This document shows, piece after piece, positions 40,021 through 44,858 of a stretch of 44,858 bases of DNA. Position 1 is the first letter of the stretch; the number at the start of each line of letters is the position of its first letter. The position numbers and the translations under genes are program-made. This stretch comes from Rhizaria sp. SCN 62-66 (taxonomy: Eukaryota). The stretch lies in assembly GCA_001724265.1 (NCBI GenBank), contig MEDY01000250.1, forward strand, positions 1 to 44,858, read 5' to 3'. The notes under the pieces are model-generated. The model had not been told where the DNA came from, searched no databases, and saw nothing but the letters and a program-made list of their open reading frames with translations.

Positions 40021-40485
40021 ATCCAGATTAAAAGACGATGTAATTTCTTAAATAATATCCTTATTTAGTTCGTACCACCACAGTGCCATAAATTGGCTAA
40101 TATTTGAACTCATTTTTGCAAAATCTAAATACACATATCACTTGAATTCTCTCAAAGCTGCATATGCTCATTGTCGATTTTTTCGGTCCTATGCCTATCC
40201 GTCGACAACATCGTGTTGCCAGTCGACCTTTCGTACGATCAGTCTCGGAAGAAATAGCCGCAACCACACACATCATGAGCCGGAAATATTTCAGTATTTA
40301 GATAACATATGGTTTGATGTATTTTTACAATTTGGTATGATCACTCGAACACTTGATTCCGCCTCGGTATGCACATCCTTAGAAACTCACCCAGTACCAC
40401 GTTGTCTCACCCTCGCTACAGCGTTTCCCCCTCCCATCAAACTTCATAGAAAGCGTGTCAAGACTTGCGCGCATCCGCTATTACA

Positions 40486-40584
40486 ATGGCAGGCATTGAA
40501 GTCGCGCTAGGAATTATTTTGTCGGTCATCTCGTCCGCATGTAGTGCCCTAGCAAACGTGCTAATGAAAATTGGCCACAACAAG
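40486..40584 (+). CDS. NIPA-family (DMT superfamily) putative Mg2+ transporter, exon 1
   Basis: The ATG at 40486 gives MAGIEVALGIILSVISSACSALANVLMKIGHNK (33 codons), resembling NIPA TM1 (GxxLxxxSS....xxK). It ends exactly at AAG|GTCCGT in phase 0. Not in the ORF track. Confidence 0.85.
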
Positions 40585-40846
40585 GTCCGTTGGTCGCCCT
40601 GTACCAAACTACGATCCGATGTTTCTAAATGAAACACCAAACGATCGACAATATCACTGCTCCGCAATATTTCACAACTATGCTAATCTAGATTTTCACT
40701 TACAAACATTTCTCCGATAGCGTATCTCTTCTTAACTCTGCCTTCTTGCATCTGCCCTATGCTCACTCCCACTCCCGAACATTGACCAACCTGTTTCCCA
40801 CCGATCTCCCCGTTTATCTCGCATCGCCATGCCTCGCTACTCACAG
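40585..40846 (+). other. GT-AG spliceosomal intron (262 nt, phase 0) in the NIPA-like gene
   Basis: Donor AAG|GTCCGT, a C/T-rich interior with stops, and acceptor ...ctactcaCAG|AAA. The join is in frame with ORF 40829..43729 and restores the missing TM1. Confidence 0.85.
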
Positions 40847-43729
40847 AAACACCGCCAGGCTCTGGGCCTTGAAGAGCCCAACCGGCGCAAAGATCTCATT
40901 CTATGGATTCTCGTGCTTGCCTTCTACGCCGGCAACGTGATCTTCCGGTTCGTCGCCCTCGCTCTCATCCCGCTGTCCATTGTCGCGCCCACTTCCGCGC
41001 TCACGATCGCTTTTAACGCCGCCTTTGCGCGCTACTACTTCAAGGAGACGCTGACACTGATGGGGTGGGCTGGGACCCTGCTTGTTCTCGGTGGCTGCGC
41101 CGTCGCCGTCGCCGTGGGCCCGCAGCACGAGTCATCCCGCAGCATCCAGGAACTCATCCACCAGTTCTCCCGCGGGCCCTTCGTCATCTACTCCGCCATC
41201 ACGGGCGCGTTCTTTGTTCTCGCGCTTGTGTACGCCATCCACTTCCACCGTGTGACCGTCCCCGCGGTCATGAAGGCGTTCGGGATCACCACGGGCCATC
41301 AGGTCGAGTCGCTCGACGGCGTGCATGCGGGTGACGGCACCACCGTCAAGGTCAACGCCAACGACGCCGACGGCAACCCGAATAATAACACTGCCGGCAA
41401 CGCGTTTGCCAACGACGCTTACGTGGTGGACGCCGAGGGCGCCGTGATCAGAGACCGCTCGGCGCTGCTGCTGACTCACAGCGCCGCCGTGGGCGACAAC
41501 GCAACTGCCAACGCGGCGGCGGGCTTCAAGCTCGGCTCCGGCGACCCCGTTGCGATGCACCCGGAGGGCACCATTGACGTCGTTATTATTCACAACGATG
41601 CAAACAGCGAAAACACGACTAGCCTCAAGAGCGGCGACAACAAGGGCGACAAGAGCTCGCTGCTCTTGAAGGACCGCCGGTCCTCGTCCTCGACTGCTAT
41701 CGGCGTGTCCAACTCTGGCTCCAACTCGAACAACCGCACCGCTGTTGCCATCATGGGTACTGCGTCCCCGCCCCGCCCTCGCGCTGCTGCACAGGCGCAG
41801 TCGCAGTCTCGGTCCCAGACACCCATTCTCGTCCCCATGGCCTCCTTTGGACCCGGCTCCGCTCTCTTCAGCAGCACCAACAACAACAACAACAACGCGA
41901 ACGCAATCACATCCGCATCCGGCTCGATTCGCCGCACCAACACCGGCCCCGGCGCGTCCCCGAGCCCCGGCATGGCTCCTCTCGCCCCGCGCCGCGACGG
42001 CGCCGCCGCCCGCGGCACGTTCGCGCCCCCGACCCTGACCCACTCCACGTCCGCTACCAGCACCGACACGCCAGCCACGGGCACCGCCACCGCTGCCGCC
42101 CCCGTCGCTGCCGCCTCGGGCTCTCTTGCCCCGACGCGCGCCGTCCGTAGCGCCAGTTTTGTCGACTTTGTCGAGGATTTCGCTCTGCAGTTGCCGCCCA
42201 GTGCCGACATCATGCCGCTCACCGCGACCTCCGGCCCGCGCGCGTCAAAGGCCAGCCCGTTCCTGGGCCCCGCCTCGCATAGCTTCGGCTCCGCTGGGCT
42301 TTCGCTCGTCGCCCGCGCGTCCCCCGCGCTTAACAGCGCTTCGGGCCCGTCGCACTCGCCTTCGCGCTCGCGCACCAACTCCAACGCGTCGCTTAACGGC
42401 AGCGTGAAAAACAACTCGGCTGCGGCGCGCGGCAGCGCGAGCGGCGGCGCTGTCGTCTTCAGCCTCAACCCGTCACCGTCGCCCAAGTCGGTCAACCGCC
42501 CTAGTCTCAACAGGGATGACGTCAAGACACTCCGAAGCTCGAGCGCCAGCGCTAGCAATGAGCTCGTCACGTCTAACTCTTTCCCCATGCTTGGCTCCAC
42601 GACCACTGTCGGCATCGTGACGACGGGCGTGGCGCCTCTCCCGATCCCCGTGGGCGGTTGCCCCGCCGGCAGCGCGAGCGCGAGTGTGTGCGACCGCGAC
42701 CACGGCAGCGAGGGCGACCGCGTCCACGGCGTGCGCGAGCTGGAGACAGTGCTGGCGTACGACAACCACCATGAGCACACGTTCGGCGAAGTCAACCTTG
42801 ATACTAGCGCGGACACGCTCACCGATACCGTCGACCACAGCAACGAGGTGTCCAACCTCCAGGCCGCCGTTGCTGCTGGGTTCAAGCGCAGCGACGCCTC
42901 GAACGCCATCAACGGCATCAGCAGCAACAGCGTGGTCCTCCGCGACCACAACGTCGACAATACGATCGACGGCCACGGCGACGGCAAGGTTGGCGACGAC
43001 GACGCTGCCAAGGACGAGGGCGAGACCGCCGCCGTGGGAGATCACGTGTCGATGCTGCCGGCTGCGTTTGCGGTCACGCAGCTGTCGCCGACGGCTCGCA
43101 TGCTGCTGGCGTTTGCGATGGCGTACCTGCCCGCGATCACGGCGAGCTGGATGAACCTGACGGCCAAGTCGGCTATGGCGCTGCTTAAGGAGACTATCAA
43201 CGGCAACAACTACTTTATCTACTTTGACACCTACCTTATTCTCATTGCGCTCATCGTGTCCACGGTCATCACGCTGCGATTTGTCTCCGGTATGATGAAG
43301 CTGTTCGAGGCTATGCTCATTGTGCCCATCTACCAGTGTCTCTTCATCGTAGGCCTGATTCTTGTCTCGGCATTCTACTTCGATGACTTTGGACAGCTAT
43401 CGACTGGCAAGCTGATCGGTTTCCTTATCTCGATTGCGATCTGCTTCGTTGGTATCTTCCTGCTCACTCAGCAGTCCTCCACACCGCCCCCCGCTACTGA
43501 CGCCGAAGCCGACGTCGCTGCTGCTGCTGCTGCAGAGGACATCGTGGGTGTGAAGGCTGCTGATGGCGACGAGAACATGAACAACAACACGTTTAACAGC
43601 GGTATCGATGGCGACTACTACGACGAGGAAGACCTTGAGCGTGGCATTGCATACTCTCCTAACAACAATGAGCACGTCACCTCGAGCGCAAGTGGTGTTC
43701 AGATGGCGATTCTTGGCAAGTCTCAGTGA
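40847..43729 (+). CDS. NIPA-family (DMT superfamily) putative Mg2+ transporter, exon 2 (993 aa for the joined protein)
   Basis: FVALALIPLSIVAPTSALTIAFNAAFARYYFKETL..GTLLVLGG..VGP matches NIPA (FAP..LV.PLGAL....A...L.E.L...G..L...G). AKS..LLK..NGNN..F..TY and LFEAMLIVPIYQ..F...AFYFDDF match the C-terminal half. Stop TGA at 43727-43729. Confidence 0.88.
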   Translation, partial: KHRQALGLEEPNRRKDLILWILVLAFYAGNVIFRFVALALIPLSIVAPTSALTIAFNAAFARYYFKETLTLMGWAGTLLVLGGCAVAVAVGPQHESSRSIQELIHQFSRGPFVIYSAITGAFFVLALVYAIHFHRVTVPAVMKAFGITTGHQVESLDGVHAGDGTTVKVNANDADGNPNNNTAGNAFANDAYVVDAEGAVIRDRSALLLTHSAAVGDNATANAAAGFKLGSGDPVAMHPEGTIDVVIIHNDANSENTTSLKSGDNKGDKSSLLLKDRRSSSSTAIGVSNSGSNSNNRTAVAIMGTASPPRPRAAAQAQSQSRSQTPILVPMASFGPGSALFSSTNNNNNNANAITSASGSIRRTNTGPGASPSPGMAPLAPRRDGAAARGTFAPPTLTHSTSATSTDTPATGTATAAAPVAAASGSLAPTRAVRSASFVDFVEDFALQLPPSADIMPLTATSGPRASKASPFLGPASHSFGSAGLSLVARASPALNSASGPSHSPSRSRTNSNASLNGSVKNNSAAARGSASGGAVVFSLNPSPSPKSVNRPSLNRDDVKTLRSSSASASNELVTSNSFPMLGSTTTVGIVTTGVAPLPIPVGGCPAGSASASVCDRDHGSEGDRVHGVRELETVLAYDNHHEHTFGEVNLDTSADTLTDTVDHSNEVSNLQAAVAAGFKRSDASNAINGISSNSVVLRDHNVDNTIDGHGDGKVGDDDAAKDEGETAAVGDHVSMLPAAFAVTQLSPTARMLLAFAMAYLPAITASWMNLTAKSAMALLKETINGNNYFIYFDTYLILIALIVSTVITLRFVSGMMKLFEAMLIVPIYQCLFIVGLILVSAFYFDDFGQLSTGKLIGFLISIAICFVGIFLLTQQSSTPPPATDAEADVAAAAAAEDIVGVKAADGDENMNNNTFNSGIDGDYYDEEDLERGIAYSPNNNEHVTSSASGVQMAILGKSQ
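41879..41896 (+). repeat. (AAC)6 microsatellite encoding poly-Asn in the NIPA loop
   Basis: aacaacaacaacaacaac. Confidence 0.85.
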
Positions 43730-44420
43730 GTTCGTCAATCCATGCCGTACGGATGTTCTTCCTTTCGTTATTGTTAGGTTTCTGTTTCTGACAATGCGTA
43801 GCTTAATTGTCGTAGGCTGCGGAAACAGCTTCATACGACTACCCATGGTACTTAGATGCTTGTTTACAATTCGTTCATGTTATCATTATTTCGTGCCGCT
43901 GTTATTTGGGTGATCTTTTTGCGCAATAAGACCAAGCCAGCGTATACTCTTGTTCAATTACTTGCCTGCTGCACAATGACTTCAACAAAACGCTCTGTAT
44001 TTAAAAAAAAAAAGGATATGCTTTTTCTTGTGTTTATGTTTCTTTCTTTCAATTGTTCTAACTTGCTGAGTGTTCTCATCCTGTCTCGCACTAAGCAGCT
44101 GAGTTTTGCTTCAATCCCAGAGATTGTTTGTGTGCTTTGTCGCATTTTGTGTCGTGGTGTGTTTGGACACAGTGCGTTTTCATGCCTTTCTTACGGAATC
44201 TTCTTCTCATTCCGGTTTTATCGTATTTGCCTTTCTAATGTGTTCGCACGTTCACATCACTGCATTCATAGCTTTCTTCGAAATGTTTTGTTTTGTTTCT
44301 TGCTCTGTTTTATCTCAATTCTTTCTTGTCGGTACCTGTGCTAGAGTTTCTTCTACGTTGTACGTGACGTGATATTATCTGTCGTAGCTTGTGTTTCGTT
44401 GTCACTTAGTGCAACTTCTC
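43730..44420 (+). other. T-rich non-coding region, probably the 3' UTR/downstream region of the NIPA-like gene
   Basis: GC content drops sharply after the stop. There are T/GT-rich tracts, an A-run at ~44003-44013, and no coding-like codon bias. Confidence 0.5.
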
Positions 44421-44858
44421 TTCTGAGGCGTATTTGTAAATAGTACATTCAGCTACGCCACGGCAAGGGTCACTATATGTGAACATGATGTATCTTAAAT
44501 GAACAAGTGTGCAATCATCTTGTTCAGGTACGTGCATGAGCAGTTGCAACGAGCATGTCTACAATCGTCGCACCCTTTCACGTATGATATGGAGTGGTGC
44601 AGAGAACTTGTGGGTGATAGAGCTCGACTTAAACTATCGCTTGAGGACGCCATTATGGTGTCTTTTTGGTTGTATTTTATTTTAAAATCTAACCTCATGC
44701 CAATAAATTCAACTCTTTTATCGGTGGCGCTTCGTCTCTATTAGTACTAAACGAAGTACATGTACCCCTGATGTAGAGGTTTATGAAAAACGCAAAAACG
44801 CGCCTGGAAGGGGCGGTTTTAAATAGCCATACAACTTTGTCAAACATCCGTCAAATAA

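Noticed and set aside
1078-40020. Alternative identities for the giant ORF (VPS13, ferlin, PKS/NRPS, dynein, viral polyprotein, adhesin) or stop-codon reassignment
   Set aside because: I saw no C2, ketosynthase/adenylation, AAA, polymerase or tandem adhesin-repeat motifs. The ordered blocks fit BLTP2/SABRE, and the frame is open under the standard code with TAA and TGA used as normal stops.
1032-40051. Numerous 60-350 aa alternative-frame and antisense ORFs inside the giant gene (e.g. 9561-10601, 17897-18775)
   Set aside because: Expected by-products of Ala/Ser-rich, GC-rich coding DNA; none shows a recognisable motif.
40142-40510. 122-aa ORF between the two plus-strand genes
   Set aside because: TTG start, AT-rich sequence, and it overlaps NIPA exon 1 out of frame.
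40829-40846. ATG at 40829 as the NIPA start
   Set aside because: It lies in the predicted intron, and the resulting protein would lack TM1.
37030-41821. QSQSRSQ heptapeptide shared by the giant protein (~37033) and the NIPA loop (~41798)
   Set aside because: Low-complexity sequence with different codons; probably convergent slippage.
41132-43045. Long antisense ORFs (41590-43011, 473 aa; 41132-42043; 42473-43045)
   Set aside because: Shadow ORFs of GC-rich coding sequence on the opposite strand, with no recognisable domains.
43608-44744. Hydrophobic-looking ORFs after the NIPA stop (e.g. 43856-44344) and a CAG|GTACGT donor-like site at ~44529
   Set aside because: The F/L/C richness simply reflects T-rich DNA, and no supportable exon structure can be built.
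1-44858. CRISPR arrays, tRNA/rRNA genes, transposons
   Set aside because: No regularly spaced repeats, tRNA or rRNA signatures, terminal inverted repeats, or transposase/RT motifs were seen by eye.

Overview
Eukaryotic (probably protist) genomic DNA read with the standard code; the species cannot be identified from this window. There are three genes. (1) The 5' end of a ribosomal protein eL32 (RPL32) gene on the minus strand at the left edge, missed by the ORF track. (2) Head-to-head with it, one uninterrupted ~39-kb plus-strand ORF (first ATG 1078, stop 40018-40020, 12,980 aa). It carries, in the correct order, recognisable blocks of the bridge-like lipid-transfer protein family BLTP2/Hobbit/KIAA0100/Fmp27/SABRE: an N-terminal TM anchor and blocks resembling the SW, GFWDK and Apt1 regions. 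These are spread out by huge Ala/Ser/Thr-rich insertions to about five times the usual length, and a clear internal DysF (dysferlin/Pex24p-type) domain is inserted, which is not part of the BLTP2 architecture I know. (3) A two-exon NIPA-type (DMT superfamily) transporter (40486-40584 + 40847-43729, 993 aa) with a ~600-aa low-complexity loop. I found no RNA genes, mobile elements or CRISPR arrays. All family calls come from by-eye comparison with remembered consensus sequences, not from database searches.
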